From: a virus | Lineage: Duplodnaviria > Caudoviricetes | DNA length: 54,199 bases | IMG/VR virus record: IMGVR_UViG_3300033080_000004 | Location: 1-54,199 of that record | Strand: one strand, 5' to 3' | Part shown: positions 1 to 9,945 of the stretch, piece by piece | Position numbering within the stretch: position 1 is the first letter of the stretch | How the letters are laid out: the number at the start of each line of letters is the position of its first letter | Notes under the pieces: generated by a model | Seen by the model: only the letters and a program-made list of their open reading frames with translations | Told to the model about the DNA's origin: nothing | Database searches by the model: none | Made by a program: the position numbers and the translations under genes

Positions 1-36
1 AACATATTTGTTTGATGAATGCGGCGAAGAAAGAAT

Positions 37-186
37 ATGACACCAGAAGAACTACTTGAAGCCTTAGATTCGGTGGCATTCAAGTTTTGGGTTTGTCCAA
101 ACCATCAAAAAGCAGAAGTTACATGGAAAGGCAAAATTGCATCATGTAAAGTGTGTGGTTTGCGCTCTGATCAGCAACAATATTGA
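37..186 (+). CDS. small Zn-ribbon-like protein (49 aa)
   Basis: Translated by hand: MTPEELL...CPNH...CKVCG; below the ORF-track cutoff. Confidence 0.5.
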   Translation: MTPEELLEALDSVAFKFWVCPNHQKAEVTWKGKIASCKVCGLRSDQQQY

Positions 187-997
187 CGGAGTATAGTTTG
201 CAGTTAATCAAATCAAAAATCAATCCAGCGCTAGGAAATCCGTTCTCGCTGCCTCAGAACTATTACTTTTATGCGATCGTGTTTCAAACCAAAAAGCAGA
301 TGTGGCGACATGGTCGCAAGCAAGATGCTAATGCCTCTAATTACGGCGCGATCGTAATGCCACAGATAAGAGTGTCCTACAAGGATGGAACTGAAAATAT
401 TCTTGATCATATTGGCTATATCTGTTTTCAAAAGAATGCGTTAGTACTGAAGTTTTAGCTCATGAGTCTGTACATGTATCAACCAGTTTTCTGCGAATGT
501 TAAACAGGCTTAAACTGCCTGAGGATATTGATGACAATGAGGAGTTGTTGGCATACTGTATCGGCTCGGTATGTAGTCAGTTGGACAAGATATTTCAGTT
601 AATTTAGATCTAGCAAATTTCAAAAATCAATGGTATGCTTTGGCAACCAAATAAATTAGTTCCTAAATGAGTAACCACGATTTGACATTAAAAACAATAG
701 CTGCACGAGATTTAAGCCATCAATCCTCTATCGGAGCCTTAAACTACAGCGATCGCGCATTGGCTTTTTTAGCATGGAACAATGAATGCATGCCAGTCGT
801 ATCGGAACAGCAGTTTTTTACTCTTGATGAGTTCAATTAAGCCATGATCGTATCAAATAAAGAAACCGCCCTTTCACGCCGCGATCGCATTGCATTAGCG
901 CTTGTCAGTATGTTTCTTAGTACTGATGAATATTCAGATCTAGATGCAATCAGACAAGCAGTATGGTTTACAGATGTTTTAATTATGGAGCTAAACA

Positions 998-1297
998 ATG
1001 CTACCTGAAATTTACCAGTCAATACTACTCAAGCTGTATCCACCATCCGCACTAATGGCCATCCTTTGGTACGAAGAAGGGATCGCCCTTTACAATCAAT
1101 CAGAAATAAGCGATCGTTTATCTTGGCTCGAAAGCCTAGAAATTTGCATTCGCAATGAGCCTGAAAATCCTAGCTATGTATGGGGATTCTCAGACGCAAA
1201 AAACCAAGCTCATATTGCAATCATTCAAGCTATTAACGATTGCAAGCAGTGCTTAGGGCTGCAAAAATGCGAAAAGCCGTATTTTCCTGAAGATTAA
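998..1297 (+). CDS. hypothetical phage protein
   Basis: ATG ORF within a run of + strand genes leading into dnaN. Confidence 0.55.
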   Translation: MLPEIYQSILLKLYPPSALMAILWYEEGIALYNQSEISDRLSWLESLEICIRNEPENPSYVWGFSDAKNQAHIAIIQAINDCKQCLGLQKCEKPYFPED

Positions 1298-1336
1298 TCC
1301 TGTCTACATCGCCACCATTAACTTTAAAAACTAACA

Positions 1337-2425
1337 ATGCAATTCACAATTACTCAACCAGCGCTTAACCAATTACTAGATTTTGTCAAAGGCGCGATCG
1401 CCCGCAATCCCACGCATCCCATTCTTGCTAATGTTTTACTCACTGCCGATAAAACTACGCAGACATTAAACGTTAAGGCGTTTGATTTAAACCTTGGATT
1501 GCAAGGCACTACTGATTGCACTGTCACTAAATCTGGCGCAACTACCGCGCCGCATACATTATTGGCTGACATTATTAAGAAGCTATTAGGTGATATAGCA
1601 ATTACTGTTACTGAAGATAAGCTAAAAATCAAATCCGGCAGTAGTAGCTATACCGTCGCCGGACTGCCAGCAACCGAGTTTCCTGAATTGCCAATCATCG
1701 CTACTGACGCGATTGAAATGCCACTAGCGGAGCTTAAACAATGCGTTAAACTTGTGTCAACGTCAATCTCAACCGATGAAAGCAAGCGCGTATTGACTGG
1801 CGGCCACATTAAAAGCGGCGACGGTTTAGAGCTTGCCGCGACTGACGGGCATAGACTAACTGTGGCCAAGGCTTTAATTGACAACTGCCCTAAAATTGAA
1901 CTAACAGTGCCCGCTAAAGCATTAAATGAAATTACTAAACTTAAGGACTACTCGACAGTTAAAGTTAAACACGATAACAGTCAGGTTGTGTTTGAGCTTG
2001 ATGACTGTAGTATTATGTCTCGCTTGTTAGACGGCACCTACCCCAACTACAATCAACTAATCCCTAAACAGTTTAATTCGTTTGCAACGTGCGATCGCAG
2101 GCTTCTAATATCGGCGATCGAGCGGGTATCCACAGTACTCGATGCTAAGAGTAATATTATTAAGTGCGAGTTTACTGGTGAAGAATTGACGCTATCATCC
2201 GAATCTCAAGACAAGGCGGATGGCACTGAGTCAATCGCTGTTCAGTTTGATGGTGAGTCGTTGGCATTGGCTTTTAACTCTAAGTACCTGCTTGACGGCT
2301 TGAAGATCATGGATTCTAAAGACGTTAAGCTGGCGATCAATACCCCTGCTAGTCCTGTGATTATCTCGCCCGTTGGCGATACCGATCTGATCTATCTAAT
2401 CATGCCTATAAGTATTAGGAATTAA
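1337..2425 (+). CDS. dnaN: DNA polymerase III beta sliding clamp
   Basis: 362 aa with THPILANVLL, ATDGHRL, SRLLDGTYPNY, AFNSKYLLDGL and C-terminal YLIMP beta-clamp motifs. Confidence 0.97.
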   Translation: MQFTITQPALNQLLDFVKGAIARNPTHPILANVLLTADKTTQTLNVKAFDLNLGLQGTTDCTVTKSGATTAPHTLLADIIKKLLGDIAITVTEDKLKIKSGSSSYTVAGLPATEFPELPIIATDAIEMPLAELKQCVKLVSTSISTDESKRVLTGGHIKSGDGLELAATDGHRLTVAKALIDNCPKIELTVPAKALNEITKLKDYSTVKVKHDNSQVVFELDDCSIMSRLLDGTYPNYNQLIPKQFNSFATCDRRLLISAIERVSTVLDAKSNIIKCEFTGEELTLSSESQDKADGTESIAVQFDGESLALAFNSKYLLDGLKIMDSKDVKLAINTPASPVIISPVGDTDLIYLIMPISIRN

Positions 2426-2428
2426 CCT

Positions 2429-2653
2429 ATGTCATTTACATACGAACAAGTAACAGAAGCGCGGAAACGCTTAAACTCTTTCCTAAGAGAAAAACAGTTT
2501 TTGGACGCGGGAGCTGGCATCACCAATACAGGCCATGGCTTTGAATTGGTAATACATACATCCGAAGGCGTCCCTGATGAATTGGCGATCAAAGAAGAGT
2601 TCGAAGGCATTCCTTTGAAAATCATACACACCGGTAAAGTGATGGCTTTTTAA
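2429..2653 (+). CDS. hypothetical protein
   Basis: Starts 3 nt after the dnaN stop. Confidence 0.6.
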   Translation: MSFTYEQVTEARKRLNSFLREKQFLDAGAGITNTGHGFELVIHTSEGVPDELAIKEEFEGIPLKIIHTGKVMAF

Positions 2654-2665
2654 CGGAGATTAACT

Positions 2666-2977
2666 ATGAAATACAGGGTTTGTTACGACAATGAGCAGTT
2701 AGCTTACTTGGATATTGACGAGCCAAAGGCTATGCCTCACATCCAAGAAATGGTTCAGTTTTGGTATGAATGGCAAAAAGTTTTAAAGCAATATAAAGGG
2801 GATTACATTAAAGCATGGCTTTACTATCTTTGTATCTTCATCTGGAATAACGAATATATGCCATCCAGTAACGATGAAGGTTGGGATGACCTAAACGAAA
2901 AGATTGGTATTACGGTCGTAAATTGGGATTCCTACCCAATGGACAAGGATTTAATTCAAGTAAGTAAGGTTACATGA
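2666..2977 (+). CDS. hypothetical protein
   Basis: GGAG RBS, ATG start, operon spacing. Confidence 0.65.
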   Translation: MKYRVCYDNEQLAYLDIDEPKAMPHIQEMVQFWYEWQKVLKQYKGDYIKAWLYYLCIFIWNNEYMPSSNDEGWDDLNEKIGITVVNWDSYPMDKDLIQVSKVT

Positions 2978-3021
2978 AGATCCACCGTTAATTTATTCAC
3001 TCGTAAGCAGAGTAAGCAGTT

Positions 3022-3603
3022 ATGTCTATAACATTTCGGTTTCACCCACAAAAAGCTGTTGAAGCCGCAGCGATATTTTTAAAATTGCATGGCGAGCCTA
3101 TGAAATATTTAGGCTTACTTAAGATGCTTTATATTGCCGATCGCATAGCCCTAGAACGCATGGATGAACCCATCACAGGCGATCGTGCTTACTCAATGAA
3201 ATATGGTGTCGTTCTTGGCGGTGTTTATGACCTCATCAAAGGTAAAAATGCTAACAATGCATTACCCTTGTGGTCGGAGTATATTTCTACTGAAGAAAAT
3301 TTTGTCAAATTGTGTAAAGAACCTGAATATGACCATCTCTGTGAATTGGCGCAAGAAATTATTGCGGAAGTCTATAAGCAATTTGGACATCTCGATCCCT
3401 TTGCCGTTGCAGAATGGACACATGGACTTCCGGAGTGGGAAAAGCCTCCTGAAAATTCACACATCCTGATCATTGTTGACGATGTTCTGAGATTTTTAAA
3501 TAAAACTGATGAAGACATCGAAGAGATTAGACAAATAGAGGCTAGAGAAGCTTATTTGGACAGAGGCTTAGTGGTAATCAATGGGGATCAAGCTTATGAC
3601 TAA
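3022..3603 (+). CDS. Panacea (SocA/DUF4065) antitoxin-domain protein
   Basis: LLKMLYIADR...PITGD...MKYGVV...YDLI and WTHGLPEW match the SocA/Panacea pattern. Confidence 0.85.
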   Translation: MSITFRFHPQKAVEAAAIFLKLHGEPMKYLGLLKMLYIADRIALERMDEPITGDRAYSMKYGVVLGGVYDLIKGKNANNALPLWSEYISTEENFVKLCKEPEYDHLCELAQEIIAEVYKQFGHLDPFAVAEWTHGLPEWEKPPENSHILIIVDDVLRFLNKTDEDIEEIRQIEAREAYLDRGLVVINGDQAYD

Positions 3604-3939
3604 ACCACTGCTAATTGATCACACTGTTAATTTCCTTGGTTTTCTAATCTCAATCAAATGGGGTATGGAACTCTGGTATATTACCCAACTTAGCGGTATT
3701 CGACAGTATCAGATCTTTGATGTCTCAATTCTTGAAAACACTGACGGCAGTACTTTGTATGCGTTAAAAGTTGTAATTCTTGCTCTTGAAATTGCAATCG
3801 CTAAAATATGAATGATTATTTAAACTTCTGTGAATTAATTAGTGTGTATCTGGTCGCAACTATTGGGGTTTTATCTCTGGTTGTTGCGGCCTTATATTTA
3901 ACGATCAAGGCGTTAGACCGTATACTATTCCTGTTCAAG

Positions 3940-4134
3940 TTAAAAGGCGCTTTTTTTGAAGCGATGATAATCAAGTGATTTATTTTTAGTTTTAGCCTTA
4001 GCTTTTAACTTGGCGGCGCGATCAGCCTTATCTTTGTTCCACTGATCTATATCGGAATCAGGGATAGAAAACGCGCCAGCCGCTTGTTTCTCTAGTCTAT
4101 CCAGCTCATCCAATTCTGTTTGTGTTACTTTCAT
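3940..4134 (-). CDS. small hypothetical protein downstream of the GNAT-domain gene
   Basis: 64-aa ORF with its own TATAAT/TAATAT-type promoter at about 4155-4190. Confidence 0.6.
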   Translation of the reverse strand: MKVTQTELDELDRLEKQAAGAFSIPDSDIDQWNKDKADRAAKLKAKAKTKNKSLDYHRFKKSAF

Positions 4135-4192
4135 GTTGTTTTTTAATTAATTTTACTTATATTATATGTGATTACTTGTAAAATGTCAGTAT

Positions 4193-5515
4193 CTAGTTTT
4201 TATTGATTTTATCTAGATTGCCGTATTTTTCTAGCAATGCCTTTGCTGCGACCGAATCCAGTCGATAGTCTCCATCACCCTTTGGCTTAAATCCTATGTG
4301 CTCATAGAATGGTCTTGCGCCTTCTAGGGCATATAGTTCGACCACTCCATTCTTGCCCTGCTTTATGCTTTCTCTAACAACCTGAGCGATCGCCATGGCA
4401 CCAGATCCTTTGGTTGATTTTTCATTAGTAAAGCCAGAAAGATTATGGCTGGCGGTAGCAAGATAATTGACATAAAGGTGATCATCTTCTTTAACCCACT
4501 GAGTAACAGATTGAGTGCCCTTACTATTTTGTATGGCGATATAGTTCTGGGATTTGTCGGTACTACCTCTAAGATAGCCCCATATCGCCGAATTATCAGC
4601 TAGATCACTTTCCTGTTTAGCTGTTAAGGTTAATTTGCCTCGTTCGTTTAATTTTTGTAATCTCATAACTTCTTGGTTCTGTTCTGTAACCATTTTTCTG
4701 GCAGTACGCTTGTCTGTAACCACATTGAAAGTGTCATTAATTGGGCGATCAGGAATTTTTACTACGCCTTTTTTGTCTGCAACTTCTTTTTTGGGCTTAG
4801 GTTCTTTTGGTAACCCATCTTCTTTTTTAAGTCGCTCAATTTTCATGCGATTGACTAAAATCGCTTTACGGCTTTTTGTTATTGATTCTCTGATTACCTT
4901 TAATTCTTCATTCAAGACCTGAATATTTCTTTCTGAGCCGCTGGTATTTTTTATCTTTAATACGGACTGCTCCCTTTCTTTGGCTCTAACTGTGTTGTAT
5001 GCAATTGCGTCCTTGAGGTTGTCATTCTTACTCTGAAGCAATCGAATTTTTCTGCCAGTATCAGGATCTAAGTAATTTGTTTTTTTTCTTGGATTAACAA
5101 CTTTATTTATCTGCCTAATCTTGTCTTTCTTGGCAAAAGCCGCGACCGCTGACTGTTCTGACACCATCCTCTTTACAGTAAACAGTTCCCGTAATTCGTT
5201 AGGAGACGCACTTTTATTAACACGCGATCCTAAATTTGTTCTTTGGTTGCGACCTTGCTTAATCTCATCTCTAAGCCTATTAACCCCTTTTGATATTTGA
5301 CGTATTTTTTGCGATTGTTCAGGTGTTAACCTCTTTTTAGTTGCTATCCTAACTTTCGCCCCGGACTGTGGATTGGCTTTAGCTCTAGTCAGCGCACCCT
5401 TGATCGCTTTTTTGTAATCTGCCCCACCTTTAGTCATAAATTCACCACCCTTCGGATGCCCCTTGGGGTACCGTGGATGGATCATGGCATTAAATTTAGC
5501 TTTAGCGGACTTCAT
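4193..5515 (-). CDS. HPRYPKGHP-tag protein 1 with C-terminal GNAT acetyltransferase-like domain
   Basis: Shared N-terminal tag; C-terminal LYVNYLATA...KGSG...VELYAL.GARPFYEHIGF GNAT motifs. Confidence 0.75.
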   Translation of the reverse strand: MKSAKAKFNAMIHPRYPKGHPKGGEFMTKGGADYKKAIKGALTRAKANPQSGAKVRIATKKRLTPEQSQKIRQISKGVNRLRDEIKQGRNQRTNLGSRVNKSASPNELRELFTVKRMVSEQSAVAAFAKKDKIRQINKVVNPRKKTNYLDPDTGRKIRLLQSKNDNLKDAIAYNTVRAKEREQSVLKIKNTSGSERNIQVLNEELKVIRESITKSRKAILVNRMKIERLKKEDGLPKEPKPKKEVADKKGVVKIPDRPINDTFNVVTDKRTARKMVTEQNQEVMRLQKLNERGKLTLTAKQESDLADNSAIWGYLRGSTDKSQNYIAIQNSKGTQSVTQWVKEDDHLYVNYLATASHNLSGFTNEKSTKGSGAMAIAQVVRESIKQGKNGVVELYALEGARPFYEHIGFKPKGDGDYRLDSVAAKALLEKYGNLDKINKN

Positions 5516-5583
5516 GACAACACAAATACCTAACTAATTAATTTTACTGATTTAGATATGCTAAATTTAAAACATAATACTTG

Positions 5584-5641
5584 ATCGCTATTGCTAGCGA
5601 ATCCCGTGCGGGAATACTTAATCAACCACACGGGAAAAATC
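5584..5641 (+). promoter_or_regulatory. conserved structured 5' leader, copy 1
   Basis: ATCGCTA-N4-TAGCGAATCCCGTGCGGGAAT...CCACACGGGA directly before the ATG at 5642. Confidence 0.7.
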
Positions 5642-5989
5642 ATGGCAATTTTACAGCCTGCTAACCAAACTTTCGTAAACACTGGCGCGGTTCTTGCCTT
5701 TACTTCGCTAACCAGTACTGATACTCTTTACTTCACCAACACCGGTAGAGAGGTTGTGCTATTAAACAACGCTTCTACCTCAACCACTGCAACTTTTGAA
5801 ACGCCCGCGACTGTTGATAGCTCTTTGGCTATTGCTGATAAAGCCGTTACTGTTGCCGCTACTGATGTTACCTATGTAGGTACTTTTGATCCTCAGTACT
5901 ACAATCAATCTGGTACTTATGGCGGTAAAGTAAAGGTCACATCCTTGGCTACCGTTGGCGTGGCGATCGTGTCCCTACCTCGCGTATAA
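5642..5989 (+). CDS. probable virion structural protein (Thr/Val-rich)
   Basis: ATG at 5642 preferred to the track's TTG; composition and position upstream of the tail tube gene. Confidence 0.6.
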   Translation: MAILQPANQTFVNTGAVLAFTSLTSTDTLYFTNTGREVVLLNNASTSTTATFETPATVDSSLAIADKAVTVAATDVTYVGTFDPQYYNQSGTYGGKVKVTSLATVGVAIVSLPRV

Positions 5990-6004
5990 TTACTTTTGGC
6001 TATT

Positions 6005-6128
6005 GAACACTCATCGCTAATTACATAGCGAACTTGTTTATACTCATCACTAGTTTATAGTGAACTTGCTTGCGACCCTCGCTAATCCACAGCAACTTTG
6101 TTGAACATCTATCGCTAGCTCATAGCGA
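6005..6128 (+). repeat. four tandem ~33-nt units, each with a TCGCTA..TAGCGA hairpin
   Basis: Left arms at 6014, 6047, 6079 and 6112; unit 2 is TCACTA/TAGTGA (compensatory change). Confidence 0.75.
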
Positions 6129-6169
6129 ATCCCGTGCGGGAATTAACATAACCACCCACAGGATTCACC
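6111..6169 (+). promoter_or_regulatory. conserved structured 5' leader, copy 2
   Basis: ATCGCTA-N5-TAGCGAATCCCGTGCGGGAATT before the ATG at 6170. Confidence 0.7.
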
Positions 6170-6751
6170 ATGGCCGATAGAGTACAACCATCTACCCAGT
6201 TTGTAAATTCAACTGATGTTTTAATCCGAGTTGCGGCAATTAGCACTCGTCCTACGATTAGCATTTCCGGTCAAACTTGGACGATTTCACCTAATAACCT
6301 CGCTTACAAGGAATTGCAAGCGTCTCCTACCGGCGATTTAAGTCATGACAAGACCGAAAAGTCTTACCGTTTCATCGGTGACGATGGCGGTACTGACTCT
6401 ACGTTTACTAATGAGCGTTTGTCTAGTTCTTTTAGTTCGTTCTTTGTAAGAGACAACCTTGACAAGTCTAAGCTTGATGAAGCGATGCAAATCATTCTTA
6501 ACGCCGATCGAGACCTTAAGAAAGAAGTTCATGTTCAGATCTTTAAATATCTTGGACTTGATGCCGCCACCTCTCAACAAGTTTATGACGCTACCATGTA
6601 CACGGCTTGCGTTATGAACTTTAAAGAGTCGTATCCTGCTGACGATATTGTTCAAACAAACTTTACCTTTATGTCGCGCGGTAAAATCTCTAGCGGTCAA
6701 TATAATGCTGGTGCTTCATTGTTGCGTGCCGATGCTCCTAACGCCGCTTAA
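6170..6751 (+). CDS. probable major tail tube protein
   Basis: 193 aa; C-terminal ACVMNFKESYPADDIVQTNFTFMSRG resembles siphovirus tail tube C-termini; upstream of the chaperone gene. Confidence 0.65.
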   Translation: MADRVQPSTQFVNSTDVLIRVAAISTRPTISISGQTWTISPNNLAYKELQASPTGDLSHDKTEKSYRFIGDDGGTDSTFTNERLSSSFSSFFVRDNLDKSKLDEAMQIILNADRDLKKEVHVQIFKYLGLDAATSQQVYDATMYTACVMNFKESYPADDIVQTNFTFMSRGKISSGQYNAGASLLRADAPNAA

Positions 6752-6797
6752 TGACCATTAATGATTGATACTTCTTATCAAAGCAGTGTTGAAACCC

Positions 6798-7031
6798 ATG
6801 ATTGACCTACTAAAAGATGATGCTGGATTGGTTTGGCTGATTAACTGTGAAGTTAATCAGCCAAACATTTTAGTTGGTGCGCTAGTTGTACTTGTGGGAT
6901 TCAATCAATCATCAGTAGTTGTTAAAAGCGGCGATCGGTCTTTTTTAGTGCAAATGCCTATTGAATGTATTAATCAGGCGTTTATTAAGAAAGCGTATAA
7001 CGTGAGTTTGGCTTGCGAAGAGTTGATATAA
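6798..7031 (+). CDS. hypothetical protein (paralogous to the C-terminus of 7117-7524)
   Basis: ATG at 6798 preferred; LLKD..VWL.NC..NQ..I.VG.L.V..GFNQS is shared with the next ORF. Confidence 0.65.
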   Translation: MIDLLKDDAGLVWLINCEVNQPNILVGALVVLVGFNQSSVVVKSGDRSFLVQMPIECINQAFIKKAYNVSLACEELI

Positions 7032-7116
7032 TAGATCTATTAAATTCATAATGCCGCATTATTTCCGTCCTGAAAAAGGCGTAATGCGGCTTTCCTAATT
7101 ACCGCGCTGAATTAAT

Positions 7117-7524
7117 ATGACCACAACCACTAAAGAAATTGCCACCGATACCCTTGATAGTGAGATGACCGAGTCAACGGCGATCGTGATCAAAACCTTG
7201 ATTCAATCGGGCGTTATCCCCATACAACTTAACTTGCTGATCGCAAAATCTTTAAGACCATTTGGCGATGCCATAACGTTTGGTTTGTTAAAAGACGAAA
7301 GTGAATCGGTTTGGTTGTTTAACTGCAAGTTGAATCAGTCAAGTATTTTTGTTGGCGGATTAATTGTGTTTGCCGGATTTAATCAGTCATTGGTTGGGGT
7401 TACAGCAGTTCACGCTACGGTAAGTAATTGTTCTTTCTTGATAAAGATTCCAAGCGAGTGTATTAACCAGCCGTATCCTATTAAGACATATAACATAACA
7501 TTGCCTTGCGAAGAAATTAGTTAG
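7117..7524 (+). CDS. chimeric protein (chaperone C-terminal helix fused to a paralog of 6798-7031)
   Basis: Two separate internal similarities visible in the translations. Confidence 0.65.
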   Translation: MTTTTKEIATDTLDSEMTESTAIVIKTLIQSGVIPIQLNLLIAKSLRPFGDAITFGLLKDESESVWLFNCKLNQSSIFVGGLIVFAGFNQSLVGVTAVHATVSNCSFLIKIPSECINQPYPIKTYNITLPCEEIS

Positions 7525-7825
7525 GCCATTCCTGCCTGTTTAGAAGGTATCTGTTATCAGAAATATAGCGGAATTTAGTCGCATCATAGACTAGATCTCC
7601 CCTCCTAAAGCCCCATCTTGGCAAGCCAGTAGGGCTGTCGAATTTATCGGCGCCGCATTCTTTTAGCTTTGAAAAGAACTCACTGTTTAAGCGTCCCTGA
7701 CGCGGCAGCGGCTCTATGTATACCATAACTGGCGATAGCGCAGGCGACCACCATCTGATTTTGTTAATAGCGTTTAGCTCTTTGCAGATTACGTCTATTT
7801 CTTGAAAAGTTAAAGATTGTATCAT
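7517..7825 (-). CDS. hypothetical protein
   Basis: ATG ORF downstream of the minus-strand promoter near 8082. Confidence 0.55.
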   Translation of the reverse strand: MIQSLTFQEIDVICKELNAINKIRWWSPALSPVMVYIEPLPRQGRLNSEFFSKLKECGADKFDSPTGLPRWGFRRGDLVYDATKFRYISDNRYLLNRQEWPN

Positions 7826-8157
7826 GGGTTTTAGTTACCACCAGATTCAACCAATTTATCCCAAGTAGCCTTAAGGAAAAGATCCTTGACCGCATCAATT
7901 CCAATTTCATTTATTTGCTCACGTAGAGCGATAAAGTCAACCGACAATGTACACCACAAACAATCTTTCTCGTTGCCGTCCTCAATTTCAAAATCAAATG
8001 CTGTTCTCATTTATATTCTCCTAGTGTTTAAAAATATAATTTTGTATTGACAATTAAGAATATAGCTTAAATTTAATAGTTTGTCAATAGCTTTTTAATA
8101 TTTTTAAACTTGCGATCGCCTTAAGAGTTAAAACAGAAAAGATCTAGGATCAGTGCC

Positions 8158-9285
8158 ATGAAACTATCGCCACAAGCCAAAGCTAAATTTAACGCATTAC
8201 TACACCCACGATATCCCAAGGGACATCCTAGCGCGGGTAAATTCATGGCGAAGGGCGGGGCTGATTACAAAGCAGCGGTGAGTAAAGCGTTAAAAAATAG
8301 GCCAACTCAACAAGGCAAAGCCATACCACTGAGTAAATTAGGTGGAGATTTCAATGCAAAGATAGATAAGGCAAGTCCTGAGAAGTTGAAAGCGATCTCC
8401 GCTAGAAATATTGACGTTTCTAAAACACTGCTAAAGGTAAAAATCGGTAGCGAAGATGCGCTACTAAAATATGATCGCGTGGCTAAAATTCTTGGCAAGG
8501 ATGCGGCTGACAAAGCATTACGACAAACGCTAAAAGAGCGCGTATCGGCAAAACCACAAGCAACTTTAGAAAAACAGAAGCAAAAGGAAAAGAACCGTAG
8601 AGAGTGGGCAAGAGCTTATGAAATAGATAATTACACCTATTACAACGAAAAGCTCGGTAAAGCAATATCAAGAAACAAAAAGACTAAGGAGAGATACACT
8701 TCTCGTGTTGCTAATCCCACTAATGAATACGCACTTACAGGCGAAGGTATTTACTTTGCGGATCTTACTACGGAAGGAACTCCTAAAACAAAAATTTTAT
8801 CGCCATCAGAATACGCTGCGCTTAATGTTATTGGAGTAAAGTACAGTATTGATAAAGGTAGGCCAGCAAACGCGGACTATGTAAATGGATTGTTTACAGA
8901 CACGAAAGATAGCACTAGAAGTGTCTTAAGTGGGCTAGCGTCTAAAGGCTTATTATTAAAGCCAGTAGGCAAGTCAGTCAAATATACACCAGATCCGCTA
9001 CCGTCAACAACTCCCAAGGGTGCATTATATGCACTAACGAAAAAAGGCCGTGATATTACGGATAACGAAGATCCCGTCGGATTATCAATGCATCAGTACG
9101 GAATATTGCTGGCTGCAAGTCATAATAAGATCACAGGTATTGGGGCTTTGCAGAATGAATTAGACGCAAAGCCAGAACATATTCAAGCCGCTTTTGATTT
9201 CTTGCAAAAAGAAGGGTTGGTAAAGCAAATTACCGGGACTATAAGCAAGACAAGCGCTAAACCGAAGTCCGTACTAAAGAAATAA
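8158..9285 (+). CDS. HPRYPKGHP-tag protein 2 (basic; possible C-terminal winged-helix repeats)
   Basis: Shared N-terminal tag; LSGLASKGLL...YALTKKG and FLQKEGLV resemble wHTH ends. Confidence 0.65.
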   Translation: MKLSPQAKAKFNALLHPRYPKGHPSAGKFMAKGGADYKAAVSKALKNRPTQQGKAIPLSKLGGDFNAKIDKASPEKLKAISARNIDVSKTLLKVKIGSEDALLKYDRVAKILGKDAADKALRQTLKERVSAKPQATLEKQKQKEKNRREWARAYEIDNYTYYNEKLGKAISRNKKTKERYTSRVANPTNEYALTGEGIYFADLTTEGTPKTKILSPSEYAALNVIGVKYSIDKGRPANADYVNGLFTDTKDSTRSVLSGLASKGLLLKPVGKSVKYTPDPLPSTTPKGALYALTKKGRDITDNEDPVGLSMHQYGILLAASHNKITGIGALQNELDAKPEHIQAAFDFLQKEGLVKQITGTISKTSAKPKSVLKK

Positions 9286-9336
9286 TCTAACCTTGCGATT
9301 TTCGTAAAATCTAAATATAACCACCACATATTAAAC

Positions 9337-9945
9337 ATGAGTAAGTACGCTTTTAGATCGCTACAACAACAAGAGACAAAATATTTCACGGTTGAAGACT
9401 CGCAATACAGGCTCAGAATGCCGATCAAAAAGCTTGTGCTGACTGGTGAGATAATCGCGCTAGAAGATGCTGAATACCTCAAAGAAGCGAATATCAATCA
9501 AGCCAATCTCATGATCGATATGATCTCTATCTCCAGAGAAATTGGCGAACGTGATGGCAAAAGTGTTGAACAGGTGTTTGCGGAGTTACAGCAACTAGAA
9601 ATTAATCCAGAGAAGTCAGGAATCATTCTAATTGACCACCCTGAAGTTTTTAAAAAAGCTTTAGTTAGCATGAACACTGGCATCACCTCCAAACAAAAGA
9701 CTGAGGTGGTAACGATATTTATGCGATCGCGCGGTGAAGCTTGCCTTAATACTCCTGCTGGCGATGAATGGGTACGCACTGCTGACTGGACTAAAAGCGA
9801 TACTGAATCGCTAGAATCTAAGGCATTAAACGAGCTATTCCAATTTACCCAATGGGAATTAAACGGTCATCCTGAAGACTCGGTAGACACGGGAAAAAAG
9901 CAAGTCCGAGTATCACGGCAATCGAAAGAAATTGCCGCAGAATAA
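9337..9945 (+). CDS. tail assembly chaperone (lambda G-like)
   Basis: Ends just after the slippery sequence GGGAAAAAAG at 9891-9900. Confidence 0.7.
   Translation: MSKYAFRSLQQQETKYFTVEDSQYRLRMPIKKLVLTGEIIALEDAEYLKEANINQANLMIDMISISREIGERDGKSVEQVFAELQQLEINPEKSGIILIDHPEVFKKALVSMNTGITSKQKTEVVTIFMRSRGEACLNTPAGDEWVRTADWTKSDTESLESKALNELFQFTQWELNGHPEDSVDTGKKQVRVSRQSKEIAAE

Noticed and set aside
6005-6128. Mini-CRISPR
   Set aside because: The ~33-nt period leaves no room for spacers, and the whole unit is a degenerate repeat.
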